Assembly (NCBI GenBank): GCA_013265495.1
Contig: MU058791.1
Coordinates: 374,001-438,000, forward strand
From: Vicugna vicugna
Lineage: Eukaryota
Length of the DNA stretch: 64,000 nucleotides
Direction of reading: 5' to 3'
How positions within the stretch are numbered: the stretch's first letter is position 1; the number at the start of each line of letters is the position of its first letter. A program made the translations under genes and the position numbers. Positions 38,024 through 51,447 of the stretch are shown here, piece by piece. The notes under the pieces are model-generated. The model made no database searches. It was not told the origin of the DNA and saw only the letters and a program-made list of their open reading frames with translations.

Positions 38024-41000
38024 TAAAGAGAGACTAAATGTAAATCAGGCATAGGTAGAATCTAGCTCCCAGGCTGGGGGTTGCCAGGGGTGGGAGGGTG
38101 AGGGGTAGGAGAAATGCGTGAAGGGGTTCAAAAGGTATAAGGAAAAAAATATGGTGCATTACTGAGAAATTGGAGGAAAAAGTACTTAAAATGCATGAGC
38201 CTAGAGGGTCTTGTTCAGGATAGTTAAATTTCTTGAACAGTCTGTTAACCTCATAAATTGTACTGTGACACCGACATTGAGTATAGCACTTTATTATTTC
38301 TCCCCTGGAAGTATCTTTTGAATTTAGAAAAAAATTTCCTTTATAAAAGACAACAAAAAGACCCAAAAAAACCTGCCAAAAAAAAAGAAAGAGTAAAATG
38401 TAAACTCTACTCAGATGTATTAAAATTTTTTTCAAAGAATACTCATCCAGAATAGTGAATAATCAGACAACTTTTAACAGCTCCCTTAAAAAGCTGTAAG
38501 TACCCACCAGCAATGTCAATTAATACTTTATCTTCTCAGGATTCATCTTTCCTTGTCGGGGGATCCAGCACGTAAGAATACTATCATAAGGCATGTCTGC
38601 ACCTGTTCCTGGGAGGGAAGGGATATAAACGTTTCCGAAATGGACCATGTTTTCCTAGCAGATTAGACGCTGCCGAATTGTGTGGTGTTTGTATAGAGTG
38701 TTTCTCTCTTTAGTGAATATTCCCGATTCACACATGTTCAAGGTCAGAACCCTTTTAATGTACTTCTGAGTACTTTTAGCATCGGAGGCACACTCAAAAT
38801 AACGTTTGCTCTGGAGGATTTCCAATTTTGTTCCACAGTTGATGACCACAGCAGAATGAAATTTTGGAGTTGGATATTGCATATGTTTAAAATGGATGCC
38901 CCCCAATATCTTTTTTATCATTTATTTTTTCTAAAATTCCATGGTTTACATAACATACTTACAGGCAACACTTAAAATCTTCAAAACAAAGTAAACGGTC
39001 ATTTTTCTACTCTCCCCACACATTGCAAACACATTGAAAAGGAATTCCCAAGGGGAAAGTTTTCAGTATTTCATCCATATGCACAAACCGTATGCTTTTT
39101 CTAGCTAATAAATAGTTCATCAGGATTATTGCTTAGCCTATAAAGTGGAATTGATGACATTTAAGGTTATAAAAGGAATACTGAAGGCTAATAGGAAACA
39201 GACTTCCAGACTGTCGGCATTAATTAGATCTGGTTAGGCAGAATTCAGAGAGACAGTTACCTAAAAACAATTCTGCGGAAGCCACCATCAGAATATGTTA
39301 TTATCACTAGTAGTTACTTATAAAACTCCTGGTACAGAGCAAAGCTGTGCTAAACTCTTTATATTATTCATTAAACCCTCACACCCGCTCTGGGATGGGT
39401 GAGTGGGCCAAGACTTGGGGAGAAAAGTGATTTGCCTGAGTGATAGAGCTTGGGTTTGCTCTCATGTCTCCTGGGTCCGAAGCTTTACCTAGGATGACTG
39501 GTTTTCAAAAAGTGGGGAGGGTTTTGAGTTCCCAGTTCCCACCTAAGTTTCCATCAGAAAAGCTTTTTAAGAATTCTTTAAAATTTCTTTAAAATTCTTC
39601 TGTAGTTGCTTGTGCATCCGGGTAAAAGTTCACGGGAACCAGGGTAGCTCTGGGCTGGGTTTCTGACTTCCCAGGCCGGGGTGAGGACAGTTGTGTTCAA
39701 ACCATGCCCCTGACAGCCGTGCCTGCGATCACATCCAGACCCTCCGTCTACACAGTCCTCTGACTGTTCTACCCAGGGGCTCTGTAGCGTGCAAAGGAGA
39801 AATGGGTGAAGGGGTGAGGCCAAAAAAGCCAACAGCTGGGGCTTCCCAAAGAAGGGGAGCAGAAATAAGGCTCGTTTTGATTACCATAGACTGCAACTTA
39901 AAGCCTTCTGCAGACTTTTAAAGATAATCCCCTTCAAGTCCAGAAACGTTAGAAAGATTAAGACTCAAAAACATCCAGCCAGGATTTTGTTTGTCGTCTG
40001 AGGCTGAGTAATTGCTGAGGACAAAGCAGCTATCACAAGTCTGTTCTGATATTCAATAGTTCTTGAAATCTTGCTTCAAGTAGCTTTTGTACTGACAGCA
40101 TGTGAATTCGAAGCAGTCTGTGTTTTGACGTCTGTGCAGAGATTCTGTACAGTGTGTACTGAGCCATTATATTTCGCAGAACAAGCATGATCACGGGGAT
40201 GATAAATGCAACGCTCACAGGCAGAAGTGGCACACCCTGGGATGAGGGTGTCTTTGGGGCACACTCTTCCACACCATGTGGCGGCCCTCAAAGTCCATCA
40301 CAACGGCGAACACAGCTCTTAGCACCAAGGCCATGAGGCTTATTAAATGTTTTATTTGGTTTTGCACAAGGTCAGATTCTGGGGTATACACTGTAGATTG
40401 TACGATGCATCTAAGAGCCACAGAATGTTTAAAATGTGGCATGTTTCCAAGTAGCTCAGAGCCATTTAAACTGGAAGAGACACTGAAATGTCTCCCTGAG
40501 AGCACAGCAGAGATGCCTCCCTAGCGCTGAGCCGCGATTCTGGACTTGCATCGTGCGTGAGGGGGCTGGTACCGTCACGGCACCGCCTGTCTTGCTAAGT
40601 GTGGCAGATTTGCAGCTTTTGAAATTCAGGGTCTGAGGAAACAGTGCATGTCTTTCCAGCAATCCATCTTGTGCTGACATCTTGCAGCGACAGCCCTGTC
40701 TGCTGTGTGAACCCAGGGGGCTGCTTGTACAGATCCTTGGGCAGGACTGGGTATGCCTGTACAGGAATTGTGTGATAATTTTAGCCCGTTAGCAGAGCCC
40801 CTTTCTGAGGGGACTCGCCACTGCAGGGCTGAGACAGCCTGTGATGGGGAATTGGCACCAGGGCAGAGCTCAGTGGCTTGACATGGTCCATGTGTAGGAA
40901 CGGGAGGCTAGGAATTAGCCCTTGGGAAGGAGCGGTGCTCCACTGCATTATCCGTGTGGTAATAAGACCAAGCCAGCGACCTTGCTTCTAAAACCATCAT

Positions 41001-41555
41001 GAGGAGATGCTGTCTTTGTGCTGTTGACGGCTGCCCGGGATGAGGCAGACCGATTTCTCTATCTGCCCCTTAAGCTCCACTCACTCGACCTCCCCCGGCC
41101 CCTTGGCGTTTTCATGCTGCAGAGCTGCACTGCCAAAGTCAGCGATTCCACTGAGGTGGCTACTGTTGTTTGGCTTTCGATGTGTGTGTGCGTGTGTGTA
41201 CCCGTGAGTTTCTGACCTCACTTACTCTTTGGTCAGTCGCTTACCTAAGAAAAGCCTAGAAGAGATTACAGTGCTGGAGATGATGACACGCAGTCTCACT
41301 GCTTAGAATGTGCAGCCATAACAACTACAGAGTCTATAACAAGGAGAAAAAAAGTTAAAGGTAATCCAACACATGGGCAATCTGAAAAATCATTGAAGTT
41401 AGCCTTCCAGCCTCACTCAGGGCATCAGTACTCTGACGGCTGCCATCCTTTGTGCCCGCGTGTCATTCTGGTTGGGTGTAATATTGTTTCCAGAACAGTG
41501 GAGTTTTGGAACAAGAGACAGGGCAGTTCTGTGTATGTCTTTCATTCAACAAATC

Positions 41556-41877
41556 TTTTTTTTTCTCTCTTTTTAAAAATTATTTATTGATTAATTTTAC
41601 TGAAGTATAGTTGACTTATAATGTTGTGTTATTTTCAGGTACTTAGCAAAGTGATTCAGTTATACATGTATCTATCTATTCTTTTTCAGATTCTTTTCCA
41701 TTATAAGTTATAAGATATTGAGTTTAGTTCCCTGTGCTGTACAGTAGGTTCTTGTTTGTCTACTTTATATATAGTAGTGTATATCTGTTAATCCCTAATT
41801 CCTAATTTATCCCTCCCCTCCCTTTCTCCTTTGGTAGCCTTACTTTTGTTTTCTGTGTCTCTGGGTCTGTTTCTTCT
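41556..41877 (-). mobile_element. L1 3' end inserted in an L2
   Basis: T-rich tail then tgaagtatagttgacttataatgttgtgtt...agcaaagtgattcagttatac, the same family as 1270 and 17722. Confidence 0.85.
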
Positions 41878-41879
41878 TG

Positions 41880-43280
41880 GAACGCTGAGTTGGAAGTGTC
41901 TGAGACATACCCAACTGGAGAGTTCGAATAGGCAATTCAGTACATTTTGGCTAGAGGTGTGAGCTGTAGAGAGGCATTGACAGTTTTATCTGTGACCCAG
42001 GATGAGGTCCCCAAGGTAGTGAGGCTAGACAGAGAGGAGACTGAAGACCGAGGCCTGTGCTTCCCAGCATTTAGGGGCTGGAGACAGAGGAAGAGTCACA
42101 AAAGGAGACTGAAGGGGAGTGACTGGTGAGTGGGGCAGAAAACCCAGAGCAATAGATTGGAAAGTGAGTCAAGAAAGTGTTTCAGGGAGGAAGCCAAGGC
42201 CATCGGTGTCCCCTGCCACTGGTGGGTCCAGGAAATTGAAGACAGAGACTTGATGGCTGCGTTGAGTAGTGGAGAATCGCTACGTTGGTGATTGTCAGTG
42301 ATGTGCTAGGTAGGGCACAGGCCTGATTGAAGGTGAGGGGTTCAGAGAGAATTCTGCAGAGAGGATTTAAATTTGAGTGTAGAGGGTGTATTTTTGCTTT
42401 GCTACCAAGGAGACAAGAGAAATAGGACAGTAGCTGGCAGGGGAAGCAAGATCAAGATAAGAGTTTTGTTTTGTTTTAATGAGGAAAGGTTCAGTGTACT
42501 TGTATTTCAGTGAGGGTGATCCTCAGAGAGGACAGGCCGACACTGTGGAGGGAGGTAAGCAGAGGTGTTCAGACCGGGCCCTTGAACCAGGGAATGAGAT
42601 CGGTGCCCAGGCTGAAGGATTTGCTTTGGAAGGATCAGGCGTAGGTAACTACGAAAGGACAGAGTGACTTGGTGTGGATGCTTTAAAGGGTGAGAGTCTG
42701 TGGACATTCTCTTCTGATTGTTTCAGTTTTCTCAAGAGAAGGAGGAAACCAACCAGGTCATTGGCTGAAAGTCTAGTGAAATAGTGGTTGGAGGAGAGGA
42801 GAAGGTGGGAAGTGGATGTCTGCCTGATGGAGTCAGAACGTGTCAGGAAAGAGAACACGATGCCAGGCAATGTCGCAGGTCAGCATGGTTAGGAGTTTAA
42901 AGTGGGGCCCTCGGGTGCTCGTGTGTCATCTCCTGCCGTGTTCAGCTGTGCGGGGTCAGGCGCAGAGTAGGCAGAGTTGGATCAACCAGGGTCGTAGCTT
43001 TGACGAGTAGAGGAGACAGGGGAGGAGCAAGGGTGTGTGGAAGGGGCAGTTGTAATGACTGGCTGTGGAACTGAAGCTGGTTAAAGGAGCAAGAGAGAGC
43101 GTGGAGGTGAGCAGGGACAGTGAAAAGATGACAGATGGAGAAGACGGATTGGGAGGCCCGAGGGGCCTGAAGGATCCCTGGAGTCGGGCACTAGAGGGAG
43201 TGGGCTGGGAAGCTGCAAGGTGGCGATCCGAGAGGAGGATGCCTGATGTGAAGATTATGGATCTGAGGGGCGCTCTGGTG
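41880..43280 (-). mobile_element. L2 LINE body (degraded)
   Basis: Purine-rich antisense L2 texture (gagttggaagtgtctgagacatacccaactggagag, gaagaccgaggcct, aagaaagtgtttcagggagg). The L2 3' tip ttcattcaacaaat lies at about 41541. Confidence 0.65.
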
Positions 43281-43659
43281 AAGGACTTGAGAGACTCAGG
43301 CCTTCAGAGACTCAGGATTCCAGGGAGCTGGAAGTCGGGGAACAAGGATTCAACCTCCAGCTCCCGGGATGTTCACCCCTGCCATCCGCACAGTGACACG
43401 GGCAGAGGCGTGTCTCTCTGGAAGGAGTTGGACACTCTCACTCAACATGGGGCCAGCCCTCTGTCTGCGGCCTTTGGCCCAGGTCACCAAACCCTACTTA
43501 GAATATTCTGCTCTGACCTTGGAGCAGGGAGCAGCTGGCAGCCTGGCAGGTTCTAATCCCCACAGAGTTATGCGGCGGCACAGTCAGTCAGTGTCTTTCC
43601 TTAAAAGAAACAGAAAGAGAGAGGGAGGGAGAGAGAGAGGTGGAGAGAGAGAGAGAAAG

Positions 43660-44173
43660 AGATGAAATGAAAGGTACTTGCCCTCAAAAGGCATGGAGGA
43701 CACAGTACATATTATTAAATGAAGGAAAGCATCTGAGAAGGCTGCACGTGTCTGACTACAGTGGCATTCTGGAAAAGGTGGAACTATGGAGATGGCAGAG
43801 GATCGGCGCTGGCCTGGGGTTAAGGGGATGGGGTGAATAGGCAAAGCACAGATGACTTTTAGGGCAGTGAAAATACTCTGTGCCACTGTCATAGTAGAGA
43901 CATGCCACTATTTGTCCAAGCCCATAGAAAGTACACCACCAAGAATGACCCCTAACGTCAGCTGTGGACTCTGGGCGATGATGACGTGTCAGTGCATCTT
44001 CAGCGCATCAACATCATCAGTTGCAGCAAGTGCACCATCTGGCAGGGGCTGTGGATAACGAGGGAGGCCATGCATGTGTGAGGGTCGGGGGAAACGGGAA
44101 ATCTCTATACCATCCCCTCAGTTTTGCTGTGAACCTAAACCTACTCTAAAAGAAAGTCTATTTAAAAAAAAAA
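43660..44173 (+). mobile_element. L1MC1/2-like 3' end
   Basis: cattctggaaaagg..aactatggaga...ttttagggcagtgaaaatactctg...tgtggactctgggcgatgatgacgtgtca...ttttgctgtgaacctaaa.ctactctaaaa followed by an A tail. Confidence 0.85.
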
Positions 44174-44684
44174 ACCCAACAATAAACCCTGAAGTCCTCA
44201 TACCCACCCCGCCCCGTACCCCATTGCTGGAGGGTTGAGAGCTGGCTGGCAGCACGCTCAGGTTGCAGGGAAAAGAAGGCTAAGCTGACTTTGATTGAAA
44301 TTCCACTGTAGGCATGTTGAGGAATTTTAAAGAAGCGCTGAGCCAGTGAATGCTGTGGATTCCCTTTGTTCAGATTTGGCACCGGCTGGAAGCCTCTGCC
44401 GTGGAGGACAGCCAGACCTGCAGCCCTGAAATGTGCCCTCTTTTCACCCTGAGATCCCCGTGACCGTGGTGCCAAATGCCAGGGCTTCTGCCAGCCCTCG
44501 GTGCTCCCAGTAACCCACGAGCCCCCTCCCCGATGGGGAGGACTGTGCTGTCACTCCCCTCTCCTCCGCCTGTCCCTCCCTTTCTCCTCTCTGGCACAGC
44601 CTTTTACTACCTCCTTGCCTTTGGAGTGTTATGTGTGTTCCTATGTTTCCATGTTACTAATTAGCACTCCTTCAGTTAGGCTTG

Positions 44685-45700
44685 AAACACTCCTTTCAGC
44701 ACTTCTTGTGAGGCAGGTCTAGCGGCTGATGGAAAAGTCTTTCTCTCGCCTTCATCTCTGAAGGACAGCTTTGCTGTTGTAAAGCATTCTTGGTTGGCAG
44801 CTCATTTCAGCACTTCGTGCGACTGTGTCATCCCACCGTCTCCTGGCCCTCAGGGTGTCTGCTGAGGAGCCACCTGATAGCTTTATGGAAGTTCCCTTAC
44901 AGGAGAGGAACTTTTTCCCCCTCTTGCTACTTTTAAAATTCTCGTTGTCTTTGGTTCTAGGCAGTTTTATTATAACGTGTCTTCAAGAGTACCATTTTGG
45001 GTTGAAATTTGGGGAGAACTTACGAGCTTAATGAATTTGGATGTTCAGACTTCCCCCCCAGGTTTGGGAAGTTCTTTGCCATTATTTCTTTGAATAAGCT
45101 TTCTGCCCCTTGTAGGTTCCAATAACGTGTAAATTATTTCTCTTAATGGTGTCCATCGTTCACATAGGCTTTCTTCACTCTTTGCCCTCCTCTGAGTGTC
45201 AGGTGCATGGAGCGCTGGTGGTACCCAGGGGTGAGCTGATGGATTTACAGGTCGTCTTCCCTGTGGCTGATGGGTGGGCTTCCTGATGGAGTGAGCAAAG
45301 CTGTTGGTGGAATCCGTGTCCCTTTGCCCTCCAGGAGCCCAGGCTGTCATTCCTCTAGCCTCTCCCCGCCCTGCAGTCACACAGCACGCCACTGCTTTGT
45401 GGACAGGCTGGGGGAGACGTGGGTCTCTTTGACAGTGTCCTGCACGACTGGGGAAGCCGGGCGCTCACTCGCACGCCCTCACTCTCCCTTCCTGGGGGAA
45501 AGCACAGGCTGAGAAGTTCTCCCTCAGCTCTGAGCTGTGCTGACTGGGGGAGGCTGACACGGGCAAATTGAAACCAGTCCTCTGGCCCTTCTCAGTGGAT
45601 CCAGTCTCAGATTTTATTTTGCTCCGGTGACATGCTAGGACATCTCCTCTGGAGCTCTGGACTTCCACAAAGGCACTCTCAGCCTGGGTGATTGAGGGTT
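44685..45700 (-). mobile_element. Old L1 ORF1 / 5' region fragment
   Basis: cagcacttcttgtgaggcaggtct...ccttcatctctgaaggacagctttgctg...ccaggtttgggaagttctttgccattatttctttgaataagctttctg are antisense L1 ORF1 hallmarks. Confidence 0.75.
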
Positions 45701-46272
45701 TTGGGGGGTAAGAAAGTAGAAAACTCGTGTTGCCATTACACAGATGTTTTTGAGAAGTAAAGACTGACAACGGTTAAGAGTTGAAATACGTTATTATGCC
45801 AACTGGTTTTCCTAACTTGTTAAAGTGTGATTCAGTAGCATGGTGACAGAGCAGTGCCGTTTGCTAGTTCGTGGCGTCATTTGGGGCTTAATTTTCCTGA
45901 TTTCTCACTGTGTGTTTCTCTCTCTGTATCCAGCCCCTCCCTTGGTCCCCTCCTCTCTTCTCGGGCAGCGCTCCCTGGCACCCCTGGTTTGGGGTTGTGG
46001 GAAGGCGTGCACAGAGGCCAGCCTGTAGGGGAAATTCCACAAGTAGGAGAGTGCTGTGTGTTGAACATGAATGATCCACTGATGGAGGGACCACATCAAG
46101 GGGGAGAGACAAGATCAGAAGCAGAAGATGGAACCAGGGAGGGAGACAGGACAGACCAATGAAGACAGGTGGGCTGCCAACTAGAGAAGCTAAAACACTG
46201 AACAAGGCACAAGTAGGTAGCAGTTCTGGAACGAATTGCAAGAATTTGGAAGGCAGTGCCTCCTTAGGAGAG

Positions 46273-46312
46273 TTTTGTTTTGTTTTGTTTTGTTTTGTTT
46301 TGTTTTGTTTTG
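46273..46312. repeat. (TTTTG)8 microsatellite
   Basis: Read directly. Confidence 0.95.
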
Positions 46313-47135
46313 CATAGGACAGCACAGTCCATAGTGCTGGGCATTATTTGGACCTACCATACATAACAGTCAATAATATACATCTCTTTGAGGACATTTA
46401 GTAGAGGACCGGCGTTCATGTAATGGGCCAAGGGGAGTTAATAATGGTAAGAAAATTAGAGGTTCCTTATAGTGTTTGGGATTTTTTTAAGCAAAGCAGT
46501 TTTGGATTATCGGTAGCTCCCAGACTCTTTAAGGAAAGGGGATTTTCCAGATCATCCTTTGCTATTATAGATGGAATATGTGGAATGCCGTCTAAAATGT
46601 GACAGTATTCAAATAATTTAACCACTGAAATCTTATCCTCCCGCCTATAGGCTTCCTAGCAGAGAGCGCAATTATAGTAAATGTAGGGAAAAGGACTCAA
46701 AATTCAAGACGTTCCTGCATCTCATTGCCTTTCTGAGGGTCTCACTACTCTCGATGTCCTTGTCTTCCTTTCTCTGTGTTTGGCAGAGAACACACACTCT
46801 TAAAATTGTCACAGGCAGGGGAAGAGGAGACCCTCTGAGTTCAACAAATGCATGTGAACAGGTGGATAAGTGCGTCTCACGGTCCTTCAGACCGGGAGGG
46901 AGAAAGAGCAAGGGAGGCACTGACGCTGCGGTGGCAGGTTTCCAACTTAGAGCTCATCAGACGGCAGGTTTAGCGTTGGCAGCAGCGTCTGTGAAACATC
47001 CTGGATCATTTTCCCAGAATTTGTGGTACTTGAGTTTGGGGAACTTCTAGGTTTTCTTTTGGTTTAGTTTTTTTTTACTTCTTGCTATGAAAAACTTTAA
47101 ACACTTATAAATGTAGGAAGAATATATGAAGTGCC

Positions 47136-47390
47136 TGTCTTAGGTCTGGTTCCCTGGACACAGGTCCTGAAGGAGGGCTTTGGGAGCAGGTTATTTTCTG
47201 GGAAGAGCTGTTGGGATCCGTATCTGCCTGGAGTGAAGGAAGCCAGACAGGGCAAGGAGGAGGTGAGCTGCAAGGCAGTTTCAGCGAAGTCCTTAGCCGG
47301 TTCGGAGAACCCTGGCCCCAGGCGAGCGCCCGACAGCCCCAGCGGTACCCACTGCACGCACCCATCACCGCCTCCTTTTCTGTCACCCTC
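47136..47390 (-). mobile_element. ERVL LTR fragment (LTR16/LTR33-like)
   Basis: tgtcttaggtctggttccctggacacaggtcctga...gcaggttattttctgggaag start motif. Confidence 0.5.
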
Positions 47391-47452
47391 CACCCATCTT
47401 GCTCTGCCTCTACTTCCACCCACATCTCCCCCATCCACTCCCCACAATTTAT

Positions 47453-47600
47453 TGTTTTTAGACTTTATTGATGTATAATCATATACCATAAAATGCACTC
47501 ATTTTAACTGTACAAATCAGTGATTTTTAGTAAATTTACCAAGTTATACAACCATCACTCTAATCCACTGTGAGAGCATTTTTATTACCCTGATTAGCAT
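47453..47600 (-). mobile_element. L1MB-like 3' tip
   Basis: ctttattgatgtataatcatataccataaaatgcactcattttaactgtaca...gatttttagtaaatttac. Confidence 0.75.
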
Positions 47601-48189
47601 ATCCCCTTTTAAAAATGACTCCTGGTCTATTTCAAAGCAAATCACTTTAGTGAAGTATTAACGCAGTGAAGTTCTTAACTGAGGGATATATTGATAAGAA
47701 TAAAAAAGACTCGCATTTGACAGTTACTTGAGGTCACATGACGTGAGTCCTTGGGAGAAGTAACTAACTAGAGGCTGCTTCCAGAGAGACAGACTCCAAC
47801 TTCCTTTGTTAAGTGGTTGAGTCCCAAAGGTCATCTAAGAATAACACATCTGACAGAGTTCTCTGTGCTTTATAGTTCTTCTACTTTGTTCCTTAAGAGA
47901 AGAACCGATGTTTGAAATGAGGGCTGTTAGAGCAGGTGTAGGTGTGTGTAAGACAGCAGGCTGCAAGAGAGGAAGTGTTAGCGCCAATGAGAGACCACCT
48001 TTGTACGTCATCAGGAAGGAAAGACAGAGCAGGTATGGGGAAGATACAAAGGATAAACCAAGACAAAGGAGGAAATTCTGTTGGTTAAATGGCCAAGGCA
48101 AAACACTAGCCTACTTCTCAGGTTGGTATAAATGCCTTGTGCACGTTGGGCGATAAAATAATGGGTCTAGAAAAAGGAAAGAGGGCATT

Positions 48190-49280
48190 TTTTAAAAATA
48201 AATGAGATATAAATCACATACCATAAATACACCCTTTTAAGGAATACAGTTCAATGGTTTCTCGTACATCCACAAGACGGTACAATTATCACCACTCTGT
48301 AACTCCCCCAAATGTTTCATCACCCCCAAAATAAACTCTGTACCCATTAGTGGTCATTTCCTGTTTCATCTTCCTCTCAGCTTTTGGCAACCACGAGTCT
48401 ACATCTCTATAGATTTACCTCTCTGGGGCATTTCGTATATGTGGAATCATGCAAAATGTGGACATTTGTGTCCAGTTTCTTTCCCGTAGCATAATGTTTT
48501 GTATGTGTTTGCAGGGTTATGCCATGTATAACAGTACTGCACTCCTGTTTTGTTTTTTTTTTTGAGTTATAGTCAGTTTACAGTGTTGTGTCAATTTCTG
48601 GTATAGAGCACAATTTTTCGGTTATACATGAACATACATATATTCATTGTGTCACATTCTTTTTCGCTGTGAGCTACCACAGATCTTGTATTCATTTCCC
48701 TGTGCTATACAGTATAATCTTGTTTATCTATTTTACATATGCCTGTTGGTAACAAATTTCAAACTCCCAATCTGTCCCTTCCCACCCGCTTCCCCTCTGG
48801 CAACCACAAGTTTGAATTCTATGTCTATGAGTCTGTTTCTGTTTTGTATTTATGATCTGGTTTTGTTTTTGTTTTTTTTTTAGATTCCGCATATGAGTAC
48901 TCTCATATGGTATTTTTCTTTCTCTTTCTGGCTTACTTTACTTAGAATGACATTCTCCAGGAGCATCCATGTTGCTGCAAATGGCGTTATGTTGTCATTT
49001 TTATGGCTGAATAGTATTCCATTGTATAAATATACCACATCTTCTTTCTCCAGTCATCTGTTGATGGACATTTAGGCTGTTTCCATGTCTTGGCTATTGT
49101 AAATAGTGCTGCTGTGAACACTGGGGGTACTGCACTCTTTTTAGTGGCTGAATAACTGTCCTTGTATGAATTATATGGCTGTACCATTGTTCATCTAACC
49201 ATCAGCTGATGGACATTTGGCTATTGTGAATAATTTTTCTGTGAACATTTATGTACAAGTTTCTATACGGTACGTGTTTT
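48190..49280 (-). mobile_element. L1MB-like 3' end interrupted by a younger L1
   Basis: gagatataaatcacataccataaa...aactctgtacccattag...gtggaatcatgcaa; resumes after 49137. Confidence 0.75.
48545..49126 (-). mobile_element. Young camelid-type L1 3' end nested in the L1MB
   Basis: Same 3' UTR family as 15930-16253. 11-bp TSD GTACTGCACTC (48534-48544 and 49127-49137). Confidence 0.9.
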
Positions 49281-51303
49281 GAGGATGTGCTTGACTGCTT
49301 GAGTGTGCCATGCCCAGCTACACCAGATCACACTCACTGTTTTCTAGTGTGTGTATGTGTATTTGCTCGCATGTGCAACATCTTTGTTTATTCAACATGG
49401 ATTTAGTTAGTTTTTTGTCTATGTCAGATACCTTGCTAGGCTCTGGGTGAAACTGTCAGAAAAGTGGCTGGCTGCCTTGGTGTAGTTCACAATCTGGAAT
49501 AGGCGGGGGTGGAGTAGGAGGACAAGCATCGCCCAGACAAATGTGCCAATAGTTAGTTCTGCCTGGTGAGTGCTGTGCAGAGATACAGATGCTAAGAGAA
49601 AGTGTAACGGAGGAAGGAAGGACCTAATCTGGTCTAGGGGTCAGCAGGTCAAGAAAAGCTTTTTTGAAATAGTGCTATTCAAACTAGGATCTGAATGGTG
49701 AATAGGAATTAGAAAGATAAAAATATGTGATGTTTCAACAGGTAGCAAGGTGACCTAGAGCCTGGAAACCCTGCAGTGGGCAGCTGTGACCTTGCACATT
49801 TGTCAATGTCATTGATAGAAAGTAAACTTGAACTCTGCAGATCTAATCAAGTCTGAACAATAGGTAGACAATTTTTATTTGGGTTGTGGTTTTTTGAAAG
49901 CATTTTTAGATCTTTCTCATGTTTCCTAAATGCATGTGCTGTCCCACAGAGCTACTATAAGATTTTCAGTAGAGATTGGCTGAGAAACACTAGAATGAAT
50001 ATAAATACGTATAATCAATTAAAGTTGGACAAAGGAATTAAAATGCATTTTTTAGACTTGTCATAAATTAGGGCCCTATTAACTTGTCTTTAGATTCTGA
50101 GTCTCTGAGCATATGTGAAATTGTGTAATTGTTCTCCATGAGTTTTTAACAAAGTCAGTTACCCAAGACAGACAAGGATGCATTTACAACCAACTGGCAA
50201 TCCCCTGTACAAGAGGTAGCAATTTTACGGACTCCTGTAACCAAGCCATACACCAGACCCTTCCAGAGCCGTCTCCAATCTCTTCCAATTGTCATCAACT
50301 CCAGGAATGCAAAAGTAGTTTAATACTAAAGAATTAGAATAGAAAAATCATTGTGGCCAAGCAAGATTTTCCTCACTGGAACTAATGGTAGGAAGGCCAG
50401 TAGGTAACAAATAGTTCATTACGTAATTTTTCCAAAAGTTATATTTAATATATTCAAGGACATCTGTTAATACCAAGCTTGTGCTGTGTGTGTTCTACAG
50501 GGTCACTGGCAGGTCAGTGAGTATTTCATTAACCTAGATCGTCCCAGGAAATGTCCTGTCCTAGATCAACAGCGTTCTGACCCTCCCACTGCAAGTCCTC
50601 ATTATATAAGGTTATAGAAATGTATCTACCTAATACAGAAGCCACAGTACAAAGTTGTGAGATTAGGTAAGAAGGCTGACATTTTCACAAATTTCCATTC
50701 TAATCAAAGGCATGGGTATCATCAAAAAAACCCAAAACAAAACAAAAGCCAGTCTGTTTGTGGGGAGCAGAGCAAAGAGCAGGGGGCTCTCCTGTTGGTA
50801 GAACCAGAAGCCCTTACATCACCCTCCTCTCGTTGCAACTCCCTGTTTCCAGCAGCTGATTTCTTCACTGATTTCTTGTCAGTCAGGGGTTGGCTCCTCC
50901 TCTGAGATCCCCGGCAGAGAAGGGAGAAGGGGACCCACATTTACAAACCACTGGAGCATGTGGGGAGTCAGCCTCAGGATTTTCCCTTCGTGGTCTCACT
51001 TTATTCTTAGATCAGGTATAATTCTCTCGGGTATAGATGAGAAAAACGAGGCTCAGAGAGGCCCGTCCTAGGTACCCTTTCCTGTGTACTTGGACATCAA
51101 CAGCCCCAAGGTCTCTCTGCAGCATCTGTCAGGGTTGACCAGATCCTCCTTGGTTTCCACGGCCCCACACCCTTCCTTTGCTTCCTACTTCTGTCCGGTC
51201 CTTTGCAGGCTCTTCCTTATCTGAGTGTTGGCATCCTCAGCACTCAAATACCTTTCCCTTACCCAACTACAGTCACCCGGTGGTTGATCAGTTCTACCCT
51301 CTT

Positions 51304-51447
51304 GGTTTTAAGACCATCCACATGCCGATGACTTGCTCCTTTTGAACTCTAGGTTTTAAGACCATCCACATGCCGATGACTTGCTCCTTTTGAACTCTAG
51401 GTTTTAAGACCATCCACATGCCGATGACTTGCTCCTTTTGAACTCTA
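51304..51447. repeat. Perfect tandem triplication of a 48-bp unit
   Basis: GGTTTTAAGACCATCCACATGCCGATGACTTGCTCCTTTTGAACTCTA at 51304, 51352 and 51400. Confidence 0.97.

Noticed and set aside
43065..43556. 163-aa ORF
   Set aside because: Overlaps antisense L2 debris and has no recognisable protein family.
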